Notes: generated by a model from the letters alone, not told the origin. DNA of 64,000 nucleotides from Octopus vulgaris (GCA_951406725.2 OX597824.1:51956001-52020000); one strand, 5' to 3'. Counted from the stretch's first letter, positions 39,098 to 55,578 are shown. Translations and numbers: made by a program.

Positions 39098-39981
39098 CCT
39101 AATCTCGTTGTCTATCCGTCTGTCTGTGTCAGCGTCTGTGTGTGTGTGTGAGAGAGAGAGAGGGTGGGAGGAAGATAGATAGAAAGAGAGAGAGAGAGGA
39201 GGAGGGAGAGATATTCTACATGCAAATATAATAGATTCAACTCCTAACGCAATTGTACATCAAACATATTATATAAATTAATAAAATCGAACACATTGTA
39301 TAAATTACACATTGTATAAATAACAGTAACAATACTGAAGCGAATTAAGAATCTTAACGCTCTCACTCGCTCCACTAGAAATAGCAGTCTAACATCACTG
39401 ACATTACACCACGACTGTCATCAAGAATGTTTATAGTTAAGATTTTATTAAATGTCAGTATAATCATGGCTGCACTCGGGTTAAGCAAGCTCAATAACAA
39501 CATTATTTTCACACTCAACAGAACAAATATATACACATGTATACACCAAATGCGCGAAACAGATTTGCATTACCATATGTAAACGTTATATAAATATCAG
39601 ATCCATTTCCGGGTCCAATGTGATATGATGCGATCAAAGTGTACGTTGTAATGTACACGGTCAACGGTGAGTTCCCCTTACATAGCATTAACAGAATTTA
39701 TCAGTATCATTTGAACCCTAAACATGCAAATTGCAATGATAAGGACTTCAGGAGGTTCACCATAAGACTGGGTGGTACCTCACTTCTGTAGCCATAGAGA
39801 TCTAAACCGCTCCATTAATTCCGGCATCTATCTTACCATATGTAGCGCGCGCGCATGTGTATGCGAATGCATATATAAATGAATAAATGTATGTATGTGT
39901 GTGTGTATGTGTACACACACACACACACACTTATATATATATATATATACATATACACACATATGCATATATATACGTATA

Positions 39982-40030
<49 letters not shown>

Positions 40031-40074
40031 CGTGTGGGTATATACATACATACATACATATATACATATCTCTT

Positions 40075-40377
40075 TACTCTTTACTCTCTTTTACTTGTTT
40101 CAGTCATTTGACTGCGGCCATGCTGGAGCACCGCCTTTAATCGAGCAACTCGACCCCGGGACTTATTCTTTTGTAAGCCCAGTACTTATTCTATCGGTCT
40201 CTTTTGCCGAACCGCTAAGTAACGGGGACATAAACACACCAGCATCGGTTGTCAAGCAATGCTAGGGGGACAAACACAGACACACACACGCATACACATA
40301 TATATATATATATATACATATATACGACGGGCTTCTTTCAGTTTCCGTCTACCAAATCTACTCACAAGGCTTTGGTC
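40075..40377 (-). mobile_element. SINE family C, young, 5'-truncated
   Basis: Close match to the other C copies; ends in (TA)n. Confidence 0.92.
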
Positions 40378-40380
40378 TGC

Positions 40381-40507
<127 letters not shown>

Positions 40508-40542
40508 TCGTATGTGACACTGTGTCCATGTCCCCTAAAGTG

Positions 40543-40582
<40 letters not shown>

Positions 40583-40744
40583 ATACATCAAGTACAGGAC
40601 AAAATACCAAACCATATTTAATAAGAACAGGATATCACCAACGAGTGAAAAATACGTAATCACATAATATGAGACAAGTACGGGACGAAGTCTAAACCCT
40701 CCTTAGTTGTCGACTTTTAATTACTCCCTATTTCGAGCTTTAGG

Positions 40745-40883
<139 letters not shown>

Positions 40884-40967
40884 GTGTTATGTATGTGTGG
40901 GTGTAAATATATATACGTGTGCCTTTACTTCTTCACTTTGTTTATTATTTCTAACATTGTGTAAGTC

Positions 40968-41140
40968 ACCGAGCTGGCAGATTTTTAGCACGCCAGACAA
41001 AATATTTAGCGGTATTTCGTCCGTCTTTATGTTATTAAGTTGGGGGTCAGCTTTGCCTTAATAATATGTTAAACACTGGTGTCGATGTAATTTAATAGAC
41101 CCAGACTGAAAATTGCAAGCCTAGTAGAAAGGATTATTAG
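40968..41140 (+). mobile_element. SINE family B, decayed
   Basis: cgagctggcaga...ttagcacgcc...atttcgtccgtc...gtcgatgtaat. Confidence 0.7.
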
Positions 41141-41390
41141 CATTGTATTTATTTAGTTGTACACCTATTCATATGCGCATACGTATTATATATAGACAGA
41201 TGCAAAAATAGTATGGATATGCCAGTTTATGGAGCTGCGTACCCCCCCCCCCACAATTTCCCTTCTGCTTCTGCACAATTTCCCTTCAACCAAATTTCAT
41301 TGGAACCATAAGGCGAACATGGTCGCAGCAGGAGAGAAAAACAGAAAAAATGTCTGAACGTATGGTAACAAGACTATTAAATTGAAATGC

Positions 41391-41476
<86 letters not shown>

Positions 41477-41506
41477 ATATATATATCTATCTATATATCT
41501 TATATA

Positions 41507-41542
<36 letters not shown>

Positions 41543-41562
41543 TGTATGTATGTATGTATATA

Positions 41563-41704
<142 letters not shown>

Positions 41705-41882
41705 CAGATTGGAGCAATCTCAAGAATAATCAGCCGAAATTGCGAGGATAATCTGGTGCTTGACTGAGGAAAGAAAATTTCGAATGACTCGTCCTTGTTT
41801 TCTTTGTTTCGTCTATCTGGATAGTTTGCTGTCCCTTTTTGTATCACTTATCTGTCCGGATGTTTTCCGTTCTCCCATTTTG

Positions 41883-41918
<36 letters not shown>

Positions 41919-42716
41919 ATCTATATATATACATATTAAAATGAACATTGGATAAGCACCGTTAAACCTCCAAATATAATGTCCTTGTACACATAATTAT
42001 GTATATATTTACAAATATATGTGTATTTTTATGTCCAATAATGAACAATAGTTAGTCAATTTTCAGTAGCAGCGGTAGTAGTAGTAGTATTTTAGTCATA
42101 GGTTATGTAACGTTAGTTAGCGGCCATGAACATTTAGAGATGGTAACCAACTCAGTATATACGAGTATATGTGTACATATGTGTGTGTGCATCTGTGTGT
42201 GTGTAAGAGTTTGTATCTATGCATATGATGTATTATGCCTATGGACATACATACAAATATAAGAATATATAGGTACATATATAAATATATATAAGTATAT
42301 ATATGTACACACATGATATATGTACATACGAATGTGTATGTATATGTATATGTACATATGTATATATGTGGGTGTGAGTATCTGTGAGTGTATTCGAGTA
42401 GATAACAAGTTCATGAAAGCACTAAGTTTGTAGTTCGATCCTAAAAAGTGTCTGCTGCTAAACATTTTGATTGACTGGTATTTTGCAAGCATTCATTCAG
42501 ATGCAAAACCTCGCATAAACCAGCCTCAAATTGATTAGTAGTAAATTAGCAACTGGAAGTGCACAAAACGATGAATAAAAACTAGCGTATAGAAAACCTT
42601 TTGTCCACATAGCTATCCGTTCTCCCTCGTTTTCATACTCTATGTATGTATGTATGTATGTATGTATGTATGTATGTATGTATGTATGTATGTATGTATG
42701 TATGTATGTATGTATG

Positions 42717-42757
<41 letters not shown>

Positions 42758-42766
42758 CTCTCTCTA

Positions 42767-42831
<65 letters not shown>

Positions 42832-42980
42832 GTGTGTGTGTGTGTGTGTGTGGATATCTATACACATATACTCGTATGCGATGTATAGGCAATGGTCGGT
42901 CATGACAGCAATCTAATGACTGAAACAGGTGAAAAATACGTACATAGATATTCATATATATATGTATATATGTATATATG

Positions 42981-43031
<51 letters not shown>

Positions 43032-43106
43032 ACACATATATATGCATATAATATACACACAATATGCATAAATATACTTATATATATATATATATACATA
43101 TAAATA

Positions 43107-43158
<52 letters not shown>

Positions 43159-43247
43159 TCACGTATGTGTGTATATAAAATTCTCAAAAATATTTTAGGC
43201 CGAAGGCCGCGGCCATGCTGCGACACCACCGCTGATATGTATGTATG

Positions 43248-43319
<72 letters not shown>

Positions 43320-44299
43320 TATACAAACATATATAAGTATGTATGTATGTATTACGTATGTATGTATACGTACATATGAAACCGGATATTGTACTGTACT
43401 CAAATGATTTCTGATTGAAATCATACGTAAGCAAAATGAAGGAAGGTCGTATTTAAAAGACAAAAATATAGAAAATTAACCACCGAACTGAGAGAATGAG
43501 GTATCTGAGCTGTAGTTCAAGCTATAGACGTATGAACGAGGCGATTTGTGGGCAAACTGTCTTGCAATCTTATGAAACAATTTCCAATTTCTGGGGAAAG
43601 CACGGAGAGACCTATCTCGGAAAATTCAGATGCGAAGAATGTCAAGTGGATCTGGACAAGAAGTTGGTAATGGCATCCAAAATACCTTACTTCTGAGGAA
43701 CGCTGATCTCCCAGGAAGCAACAGACTGGAATGGAGGTAATAACACAGTGAGCAGCATCTGAGAAGCATCTAGGATTCATGATCTAGATACACCCGGTCT
43801 CCTTAGAGCATAAGGTGTTAGGGATCCAAACACTTGCATGGGGTGTGTGTGTGCTTGTGTGTAAGTGTGAGTGAGTGTGTGAGTGTAAGTGTGAGTGTTT
43901 TGTGTGTGTGTGTGTGTATGTGCACGTGTGTGTGTGTGTGTGTGTGTGTAGGAGTATGCTTGTATTTTCTACTCCGAAGACGTTCCGCTATACAGCTCTT
44001 CTCAGTTTCTTAGTACCGTATATATTCATATATACATCCATGTACATGTATAAATATATGTAAACACACACACGCACACACAAACACATACTTATATATA
44101 CACTTACATATATGTATATAAACGTATATATATATATATATATATATATATCTAGCTAGCTAGGAGGTCTTTTCTCCCTCCAGTATGAAGAGAGGACATA
44201 GGCCACCGGGCATTAGAGTCTCAAGAAACACCGTAAAGCTAAGCGCTTTATGGCCGTGACACCCAGGGTAACACCATAGACATGCGAGAGCTCTCTTTA

Positions 44300-44445
44300 T
44301 CTTATTTAATACTACACAATCTTTTTTCTCTCCTTGTTTCTGAGTTCCTTTCTGTGGAAGAGCGTAGGCTCGAAACGTTAAAGACTTTTTCACTTCCCGA
44401 GCGTTAAACTAATACATTTGTTTGTTGTTTACACCACCTGTCTTC

Positions 44446-44450
<5 letters not shown>
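44300..44450 (+). mobile_element. Short HHR-bearing cassette, A6U family
   Basis: cttt-CTGTGGA-a-gagc-gtag-gctc-GAA-acgt-T-aaag at 44348-44383; ends in (TA)n. Confidence 0.75.
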
Positions 44451-44491
<41 letters not shown>

Positions 44492-44636
44492 ATGTATGTA
44501 TGTATGTATGCATGTATATATATATATACATATATAATATATATTTGTATATATATATATATATATATATATTATTTTTTTACATATATATAATATTTAA
44601 ATATTATATACATACATACATACATACATACATACA

Positions 44637-44699
<63 letters not shown>

Positions 44700-44703
44700 G
44701 CAT

Positions 44704-44772
<69 letters not shown>

Positions 44773-45000
44773 TATTCATCTTCATCAGTGTCACAGTTCA
44801 GCATAGCAGGAGCTGGCTGTATAAAGACAACAGTACAAGAGACGAAAGATGGACATGCTCTTTAAACATGCTCTTTATTGGTATTACATAAACGCAAATA
44901 TAAACGGTTTTCGACTCTTAATAAAGTTTATATTTACGTGTTGGTAAACAGCTATAATTAATTTAATTATACGCTCACATATGTACACGTACACACACAC

Positions 45001-45092
<92 letters not shown>

Positions 45093-45125
45093 GTATATGT
45101 GGCTGAAGTCAAATTACTGAAATAA

Positions 45126-45197
<72 letters not shown>

Positions 45198-45246
45198 GTA
45201 TATGTATATATATATATATGTATATTATATATTATATATATATATG

Positions 45247-45289
<43 letters not shown>

Positions 45290-45357
45290 TATATATATAT
45301 ATGTATATGTATATTATATGTATATGTATATATGTATATTATATATATGTATACGTA

Positions 45358-45388
<31 letters not shown>

Positions 45389-45933
45389 GTATGTATATAC
45401 TCGCATATACATATTTATATATCTATACATATATATATATATATACATATATATATCTATATATGTATATATGTATACATACATATGTACATAAGCACAC
45501 ACAAACACACACCCCCAGATACACAGAGCTGTGTTGGGTCTGGAGCCGTGTGTCTACTCTTGTAAATCCTTTAGTTCGCCTTTTTTTTTCTTTATCTCAC
45601 CGCTATATAATGGAGTTGAAACAAAAACAAATAAAAACAAACACAAACTGTTGACCGAGCATTAAGAGACACTGACACATAAATAGCCTTACTCATACAC
45701 TCAAACACTCACACGCACACACTCATGTATGCGTAAACACATCTATATGAATATACGCATGTGTGTGTGTGTGTGTGTATGTGTGTGATATTATGCGCGT
45801 CTGTGTATTAGTACGCAAGCGTGTGCGCATTTGTATATATGTGCATGTATCTATCTACTCATGCACACACGCGCACACACACGCGCACACACACGCGCAC
45901 ACATACGTACACATACACGGAAACAGAAAGAGA

Positions 45934-46002
<69 letters not shown>

Positions 46003-46282
46003 CGCGGAAAACTTTATATAGTTATATCAACATATAATATAGACATACGAATGTGTATATGATGATTGTATATTTGTAACGACCAATCTTTAAAATAAAT
46101 TTCATATCCACTTGATCTTCTTTAAGAGATTTACATCAAAGAATCTGGCAGTTTGGATTTCAGTCGACATGATGTTTCTCTTTAGTGCAGTTTGATTAAT
46201 TCTTGACGATTTTAGTACATATATATTTGTATATGTGTGTGTATATATCTATTATATGTATGCGTATGTGTATGTATGTATA

Positions 46283-46325
<43 letters not shown>

Positions 46326-46343
46326 GTATATCTATCTATCTAC

Positions 46344-46409
<66 letters not shown>

Positions 46410-46550
46410 CATGAAACAAGTGGAAAGAAAAAGTTAAAGAAAATATATATATCAACATATATATATGTGTATCTATATTGATGTGTGTGTGTGTGTGTAT
46501 GTGCCTGCGTGAGTGTGTATGGTATGTATACATATTTCCATGTCCTCACA

Positions 46551-46585
<35 letters not shown>

Positions 46586-46675
46586 CACACACACACATGC
46601 AGATATATGCTGAAATAGATAGTTTGATAGACACATATGTGTATCATGTACATATGTGAATGTATATGTATGTAT

Positions 46676-46832
<157 letters not shown>

Positions 46833-47025
46833 ATCTCTGATCTATCTATATATCTACCTATGGAGGCAGATGTGACTATGTGGTAAGAAGCTTGCTTCTA
46901 AAATACATCTTAGGCAGCTATCTTTTACTGTAGTCACGGGCCGCTCAATCCTTGTGAGTGAATTTGCTTGTCGGAAACTGAAAAAAGCCTATTGTACTGT
47001 AGTGAATGCATACATATGAATGTAT

Positions 47026-47070
<45 letters not shown>

Positions 47071-47073
<3 letters not shown>

Positions 47074-47285
47074 GTATATATATGCATATATGTATATATA
47101 TACATCTATATTCGTGTGTGTGTGTTGTGTGTAACTATATGTAAATAAATATTTCCACAGGATGGACCAGATTATCGGATATTACTACACATCACTGCTC
47201 ACAATGCGCTTTCTCTTACATGCTTTCGTATGATACCAACCTACCGGTTAAAGGAGCAGATAAAATTACTCAGTGATCAGAAGAT
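47071..47285 (+). repeat. 215-bp direct repeat, copy 1
   Basis: Near-identical to 48995-49209. Confidence 0.95.
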
Positions 47286-47329
47286 ATATATATGTGTATG
47301 AGAGTGTGTGTGTGTGTAAATATGTGTGT

Positions 47330-47550
47330 ATGTGACTTGTGAGTCTTTTTGTCCCCCACCCCCGTCTAACAACCGGAGTTTATTTGTTTTCCCCCGTAAC
47401 ATAGTGGTTCGATAAAACGGATTGACAGAACAATTACGATGGTTTAGAACAAAAGTAGTGGGGTCGATGCTTTCGTCGAAAATTGTACGAGGTGGTGCCC
47501 TAGCTTGGCTGCTATCTAATGATTGAAACATGTGCAAAGAAAAAGAGTTA
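47330..47550 (+). mobile_element. SINE family C, 3' half, diverged
   Basis: tttgtcccccacc...aacaaccgg...ggggtcgat...tgattgaaac. Confidence 0.7.
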
Positions 47551-48716
47551 AAGGAAGTATATATATATCCACATATATATATATATATATATGTATCTAT
47601 ATTCATAGGAGCGTGTGTGTGTGTGTGTGTTGTGTGTGTGTCTGTATGTGTGTGAGTATGGATGGTATATATAAATATATGTGTATACATACTTCTATAT
47701 ACTTACAGACATAAATTCAAAGATACATAATGTGCATATAAAAAGCCAATGAGGGAATTGAAAATTGCCCTATAAATACATACATGCATACATACAGACG
47801 TACATACATACACATACATACATAATTACATACACACACATACATATATATACATAAATACATACATACAAACATACATACATGGCGGTGCCCCAGCATG
47901 GCCACAGCTCGTGAGCTGAAACTAGAATCAATCAATACATATGCATATGCATATATATATATGAGAACTATACACACACATTCATACATGCACACATACT
48001 CGGACTTATATACATAATATAAATGCAACAAACGCGCACACACATACCCACACATATATACATATATATATATGTGTGTATGTATGGATATGTTTATATT
48101 TATTCATACTTATACAATCGCGCGTACATACGTCTACTTGCAGTTTGGTATATATTTCTTTATAAATAAATATTACAGTTAATTATGTGTTCTTGGGCTG
48201 TATCTACGCGATTAAATATGTATGTAGACATAAAATATGTTTTTTTATATGCTTGAACACATATATCGTTTACTCGTTTGACACGTTTCTGTTTTTCTAC
48301 ACATGTACATGGTAATGGTAACGTATAACTATATTTGCATGTATGTGTGCGTGTGTGTGTGCGTGTGTGTGAGTGTGTGTCTATATGTACACATGAATGC
48401 TGGAACACACACATTCACACACACGCACACACACACACACATATATGTAGATAGATAGACATAGAAAGATAGATAGATAGAGAGTTAGATAGATTGATAG
48501 ATAGAGAGAGAGAGAGAGAGGGAGAGAGAGAGAGAGAGACGGACAGACAGAGAGACAGAGACAGATAGACAGACAGACAGACAGAAAGACAGTCAGATAG
48601 ATACATACATGGAGATGCATGCATGCATATATACATGTATGTGAAATACATGTGTATACATAAAAGCTATGCATGACTAGATATACATATACACACGTAA
48701 GTATATATGCATACAC

Positions 48717-48753
<37 letters not shown>

Positions 48754-48932
48754 GATATATATGTATATATAAATATATATACACATATATATATATATAC
48801 ATATATAGATATATATACATATATATATGTATATGTATATGTATATATATATATAATATATATACATATATATATATACATATATATACTTATATATATA
48901 TATATAAATATATATACATGTATATATATATA

Positions 48933-48994
<62 letters not shown>

Positions 48995-48997
<3 letters not shown>

Positions 48998-49209
48998 GTA
49001 TATATATGCACATATGTATATATATACATATATATTCGTGTGTGTGTGTTGTGTGTAACTATATGTAAATAAATATTTCCACAGGATGGACCAGATTATC
49101 GGATATTACTACACATCACTGCTCACAATGCGCTTTCTCTTACATGCTTTCGTATGATACCAACCTACCGGTTAAAGGAGCAGATAAAATTACTCAGTGA
49201 TCAGAAGAT
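48995..49209 (+). repeat. 215-bp direct repeat, copy 2
   Basis: Near-identical to 47071-47285. Confidence 0.95.
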
Positions 49210-49335
49210 TAGTTCATCGCATGGGTTATAACTGAGTGGACCGGAGTAACTTGAATTACAGTGCTTTGCCCCAGAACACAAGACACGGCCACTTTGGGAA
49301 TCGAACACCGCGGTCTAATAATCGTCATTGCGATA
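49085..49335 (-). mobile_element. Old SINE: tRNA/CORE-like head with a diverged tail 1
   Basis: gaccagattatcggatattactacacatc...cacaatgcgct (tail 1-like); ctgagtggaccggag and gggaatcgaac (CORE-like body and B box on minus). Confidence 0.65.
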
Positions 49336-49372
49336 AGCACACTTTCACATATGCATTTATCTGTATATTCAA

Positions 49373-49437
<65 letters not shown>

Positions 49438-49713
49438 CATACATACACATATCTCTATAAACACATACACACGCGCACACATACTTACCTTCACAAACGT
49501 ATATGTATGTATGTATATGTATGCATATATATATATGTATATATATACATACATACATATATATATAATATATCTCTATATTTATATACAATTCATAAAT
49601 AAGGGCAAGGGCTGGAGTATTTCTATTTTGGATGTATTTGGGGTACTTAATTGTGCTCATGACTTAGTGTTTGCTTCTTCCATGGGTATGAGTAAGTATC
49701 TCATTTATTTCTT

Positions 49714-49782
49714 TTGCCATATGTATCACTGACGAAGGGAGGGCTGTTATAAGCTAACCCTGAAACCGGTCCGATATGGTAA
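49714..49782 (+). ncRNA. Type-I hammerhead ribozyme, canonical core, GUC cleavage triplet
   Basis: CTGACGA at 49729-49735; stem II aggg...ccct with inner ggct/agct; GAA; palindromic stem III accggt; C17 at 49771; ttgccatat pairs with atatggtaa as distal stem I; one A-C mismatch at the base of stem I. Confidence 0.8.
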
Positions 49783-50158
49783 TAATGGAATCTTTTAGAA
49801 ATTTCTGTCGACCTTTTTTCGAGTAGCGTGCGGATTGCGAAAAAATTAATGGTTAATGGACATTATGTCCAATTTTTTCTGCATATTTGGCATTAGAAAT
49901 TGTTTCGTTTGCTCTTATTTATGAATTGTTTATGAATTTAACCTTTAAAGGTATTTTTTAATATGCTGGCCATTGATAAAATTTTTTTGGAAGAGAATTT
50001 TTTTCGAAAAAAATTTTATCCTACATTAGATATATATTTATATAGACACATTTATTTATGTATGAATGTATCGTGTCTATTTAAGTATGTTGGCGGATAA
50101 ATTTATAGTCAAAATTATATGATTAAAATTATATGTCAAACATGAACAAACATATATC

Positions 50159-50195
<37 letters not shown>

Positions 50196-50276
50196 GTTTG
50201 TATATATATGTGTATATACATATGTATATATATATATAAATATAATGTGTGCGTGTACAGTATATATAGATATATA

Positions 50277-50680
<404 letters not shown>

Positions 50681-50712
50681 CATATATACACGTATATATA
50701 TATATATGTGTA

Positions 50713-50767
<55 letters not shown>

Positions 50768-50811
50768 GTGACATACATACACACATATATGCATTTATTC
50801 ATTAATATATG

Positions 50812-50858
<47 letters not shown>

Positions 50859-50909
50859 GTATATTTGTCACATACACACATATATGCATTTATTATTAAT
50901 ATATCCATA

Positions 50910-50967
<58 letters not shown>

Positions 50968-50972
50968 GTATA

Positions 50973-51030
<58 letters not shown>

Positions 51031-51128
51031 GTACTCGGTTGTGCATAGATTAAGCACATGACGGTATGGATTTACACACAGACACATGTGTGTGTGTATA
51101 TATATATGAATATTTATATGTACACCTG

Positions 51129-51207
<79 letters not shown>

Positions 51208-51210
51208 CTA

Positions 51211-51267
<57 letters not shown>

Positions 51268-51450
51268 CATATACACATCAGTGTTTATATATCTATGTGT
51301 GTGTGTCTACAAAATAATAAAACTCAAATTCGCATACAGACATGTTTTGCGAATATACATCAAGTAAAAGGACATATATGTATTTATTTAGTTCTGTATA
51401 TATGCATGCACATAAATGCATATACATACATACATACATACATACATACA

Positions 51451-51750
<300 letters not shown>

Positions 51751-51789
51751 TATATCATGGCGTCCAGATACATAAATACATATATATAC

Positions 51790-51866
<77 letters not shown>

Positions 51867-51869
<3 letters not shown>

Positions 51870-52015
51870 ATTCAAATAAACGAATAAAATTATCAGACAA
51901 GAGGACGTGCACAAGAAATGTATCAGCTTAGTGCTCGGTGAAAAGAGAGGGTTTAACGTTTCGTGCATAGCTCTTCGTCGAAAAAGAAAGGTCCAAACAA
52001 GGGAAAGAAATTGCG
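51867..52015 (-). mobile_element. Short HHR-bearing cassette, decayed core TCGACGA
   Basis: Minus strand ttt-TCGACGA-a-gagc-tat-gcac-GAA-acgt-T-aaa at 51951-51986; a related partial copy lies near 57650-57725. Confidence 0.65.
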
Positions 52016-52046
52016 AACAGCATGTGTAATACATACACACAGATAC

Positions 52047-52077
<31 letters not shown>

Positions 52078-52108
52078 TATGTGTATATATATATACATAT
52101 ATATACTT

Positions 52109-52157
<49 letters not shown>

Positions 52158-52162
<5 letters not shown>

Positions 52163-52462
52163 GAGGCGCAATGGCCTAGTGGTTAGGGCAGCGGACTCGC
52201 GGTCGTAGGATCGCGGTTTCGATTTCCAGACCGGTCGTTGTGTGTGTTTATTGAGCGAAAACACCTAAAAGCTTCACGAGGCTCTGGCAGGGGGTGGTGA
52301 TCCCTGCTGTACTCTTTCTTCACTCTTTCTCCCACCCCTTCTTCTGTTGGCCTGCTCGCTTATCCAGCGGGGTGGCGTCGTTCGGAGGCTAAAACAATGC
52401 GAACGCATTGTGACCAGCGATGTGTAGCTACATCTGATGGACTGGTCGGTCACGTGATCACG
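52158..52462 (+). mobile_element. SINE family A, full length (head plus tail 1)
   Basis: A box tggcctagtgg, B box ggtttcgatttcc, tail ending ggtcacgtgatcacgg. Confidence 0.93.
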
Positions 52463-52499
52463 GGATATATGTATGTATGCATGTATGTATGTATGTTAG

Positions 52500-52502
52500 T
52501 GT

Positions 52503-52535
<33 letters not shown>

Positions 52536-52564
52536 TATCATCATCATCATCACTATTACTATCA

Positions 52565-52613
<49 letters not shown>

Positions 52614-52700
52614 CATTATTATTATTATTATTATCATTATTATTATCATCATCATCATCATCATTGTCATCGTCATCTTCGTCATCGCTATCATCATCGA
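52500..52700. repeat. Compound (TTA)n/(TCA)n trinucleotide repeat
   Basis: Read directly. Confidence 0.95.
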
Positions 52701-53012
52701 AGATGGGAATTCTCATGTTTAAGATGATGAGGTATTGATTTTGCTGACGCTGATGTTGAAGATGCGGATGAGGAGAATGAGTGGGAAAAATGTGAAGGGG
52801 TAGGATTAGTGATCTACAAATTAGCGAAATAATCAAACGAATCCCCTTATTACTTATAATATAAACAACGCATTAGTTAAATTCTCTTTCTTTCTCTCTC
52901 ACACACACACCCTTAAACACCCACAGCCCACCCCTACTTCCACCACCACCACCACACATACAAAAACAGGCACATAAATAATCACACGTGGCCAAAAAGG
53001 ATGAGATCTGCG

Positions 53013-53047
<35 letters not shown>

Positions 53048-53542
53048 AATGATGATGATGATGATTAGGATGATGGCAGTGGCGCATCTGGTGGATCTAG
53101 TGCTACTGGTAATGGTGGTGTAGGAGTGAGTCTTTAGTATGAAATCTTGAAATCATAGACAGATCAGGTCTACCATTTCGTGTAAATAAGTTCAATTTTC
53201 AAATTCATCGATCATTACATCTTCGATAAAATCCATGCATTAGGATCGAATCAATCGATCTTCCCTATACATTTGTACCCTTTTTCCAATTTAAGACACA
53301 ATTATTATTGGTATTATTATATCTTTACGTGTGGTCTCAAAATGTCTCTCGCATCTGTCCGATAAGAAACTTCTTCCTGCATCCACATAAAACAGAGGTC
53401 GGTTTTATAACTCCCTTTTTTCTTTCACACATGGTGCACTTGAGATAAAATAAAAATGCCTTGGTGTAAACATAAAGAATTTTAACCAGGAAAAAAAATT
53501 GTCATTAACTTCTTCTTCATTTAATATGTATTATTCAAGACT

Positions 53543-53650
53543 TAAGACGGCGAGCTGGCAGAAGCCTAAGCACGTCGAGCTTTGCGGCATTTCGTCCGTT
53601 TTTACGCTCTGCCCTTTATCCGTTCGGGGGTTGATAAAATAAGTTCAAGT
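53543..53650 (+). mobile_element. SINE family B, partial
   Basis: taagacggcgagctggcagaa...atttcgtccg...ttcgggggttgataaaataagt. Confidence 0.7.
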
Positions 53651-54449
53651 ACAGTGTGCTGTTAAGAAAGCGAAATCACTTTGACAAGGGATCAAGTTTG
53701 TAAGAGAAAAGGAGAAAACGCTACAGCAAATGGATATCAAAACTATATTTCTGATACAACTAGCTCAAAGTTTTTAACTGTAGTGAGACAATTGGTTAAA
53801 TTTGATAAGAAAGAGAAAAAAATGGTATAATCGATTGAGTGCGCTGTAATATATGATTGTACAATATATTAACAAACTTCTGGGAGAACGAATATAAATG
53901 CGAGATCAAATCTAACCCCGAACCCTGAGACTAGAATATAGTATACCAACTGTCTGCAAGCTTTTTAGTCTCTTCATCATAGAGAATCGTTTGTCTTTCA
54001 TGACATAAAATTAAATTTTACGAAGACCTGATATTTAAAAAGAACTCCAACATTATGCTATTGTATTTTCTTGCGACATGATTTGACTTTAACCCCTTAA
54101 CCTTGCAACTTCAAATTCTATATCGGGAAATCTCAGTGTCGTCTTTCAGGGTTGTTAGGGGTCAATAAAATACGAGAGATTTATTGAGATTCAATCAACT
54201 TATATTCAGTGATACTTGTAATATAGTATCTACCATATATTGATGCATCTACCTCCCGATCGATCTGCACACACACACACACACGCGCGCGCACATACAC
54301 ACACTCACACGCACACGCATACACACACACAGACACACACATACACACACACACACACACACAAATATATATATATACACATAAATAAATATTTATGCAT
54401 ATGTGGATGTGTAATTTTATATCTATGACTATATATAATTTTATATCAT

Positions 54450-54940
54450 ATAGGCGTGGCTATGTGCTAAGTAGTTTGCTTACCAACCAAAAAGATCCGG
54501 GTTCAGTCTCACTGCGTGGCACCTTGGGCAAGTGTCTTCTATTGTAGCCTCCGACCGACCAAAGCCTTGTGATTCGGATTTGGTAGACGGAAACAGTAAG
54601 AAACCCATCATATACACACACACATACAAATATTTACACACACACACACACACATACATACACAGACATATGTGTGTGTGTGTGTGTGTGTGTGTGCGTG
54701 CGTGTGTGTGCGGGCGTGTGTGTGCGTGCGTGTGTGTGTAAATGCTTGTGTCTGTTTTTGTCCACCCATCACTTGACAACCGATGCTGGTGTGTATACGT
54801 TCCTGTAAAGTAGCAGTTCGACAAAAAAAAAAGATAGAATAAGTACTAGGCTTACAAAGAATAAGTCTTGGGGTCAATTTGTACGACTAAAGGCGGTGCT
54901 CCAGCTTGGCCGCACTCAAATGATCGAATCAAGTAGGAGA
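54450..54940 (+). mobile_element. SINE family C, full length, with internal (CA)n/(TG)n
   Basis: tRNA-like head, CORE-like ccttgggcaagt, ggatttggtagacggaaac, microsatellite, tail ggcggtgctccagc...caaatga. Confidence 0.92.
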
Positions 54941-55477
54941 ATATTTAATTGAATATAAACACAGGCACAGATATGTATATGTGAATGTGTATGTCTATGT
55001 ATGTGTGTGTATAAGTATGCTTATGTGTGTGTGCGCGTGTATCTGTGTGTATTTATATATGTTCGTGTGTGTGCGTGTGTGTGTGTATATGTGTGAGTGT
55101 GTCTATGTGTGTGTATGTTTCTGTCCTTGTGTGTATACATATACATAGTGCATACATGCATAGTATGTATGCATGTATGCGGGTATGTATGTATATGTAT
55201 CGTATATTGCATATGCATAGTTTAGTTTGTAGGAGAAAGAAAATAAATCCGAAGACGTAAAGAGGAGGGTGGGGGTACCTATACATAAATATATATATAT
55301 ATCTTATTTAGATCTGTCTCAAGAGACTACATTTTTAGAGTGCAAAAGTTTAAATTACTACCGTCTAATTTTACATTGCAGTAATTATTACACAAGCACA
55401 TACATATATATATATATATACACACACAGACAGACATACAGACATAGACACGCATACATATATGCATACATATACAT

Positions 55478-55578
<101 letters not shown>

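Noticed and set aside
39601-39666. Possible exon between cag| and |gtgagt
   Set aside because: Stops in all three frames and no polypyrimidine tract
41763-41800. CTGAGGA...GAA hammerhead-like string (similar weak strings near 15796 and 55844)
   Set aside because: A15.1 and stems I/III are missing; cannot be supported as a ribozyme
43430-43810. Possible further R4/Dong endonuclease C-terminus on the plus strand
   Set aside because: Similarity is too decayed to support by eye; needs tBLASTx
50776-50904. Short direct repeat of about 35 bp within TA-rich DNA (similar at 23821-24000)
   Set aside because: Explained by slippage within compound microsatellites
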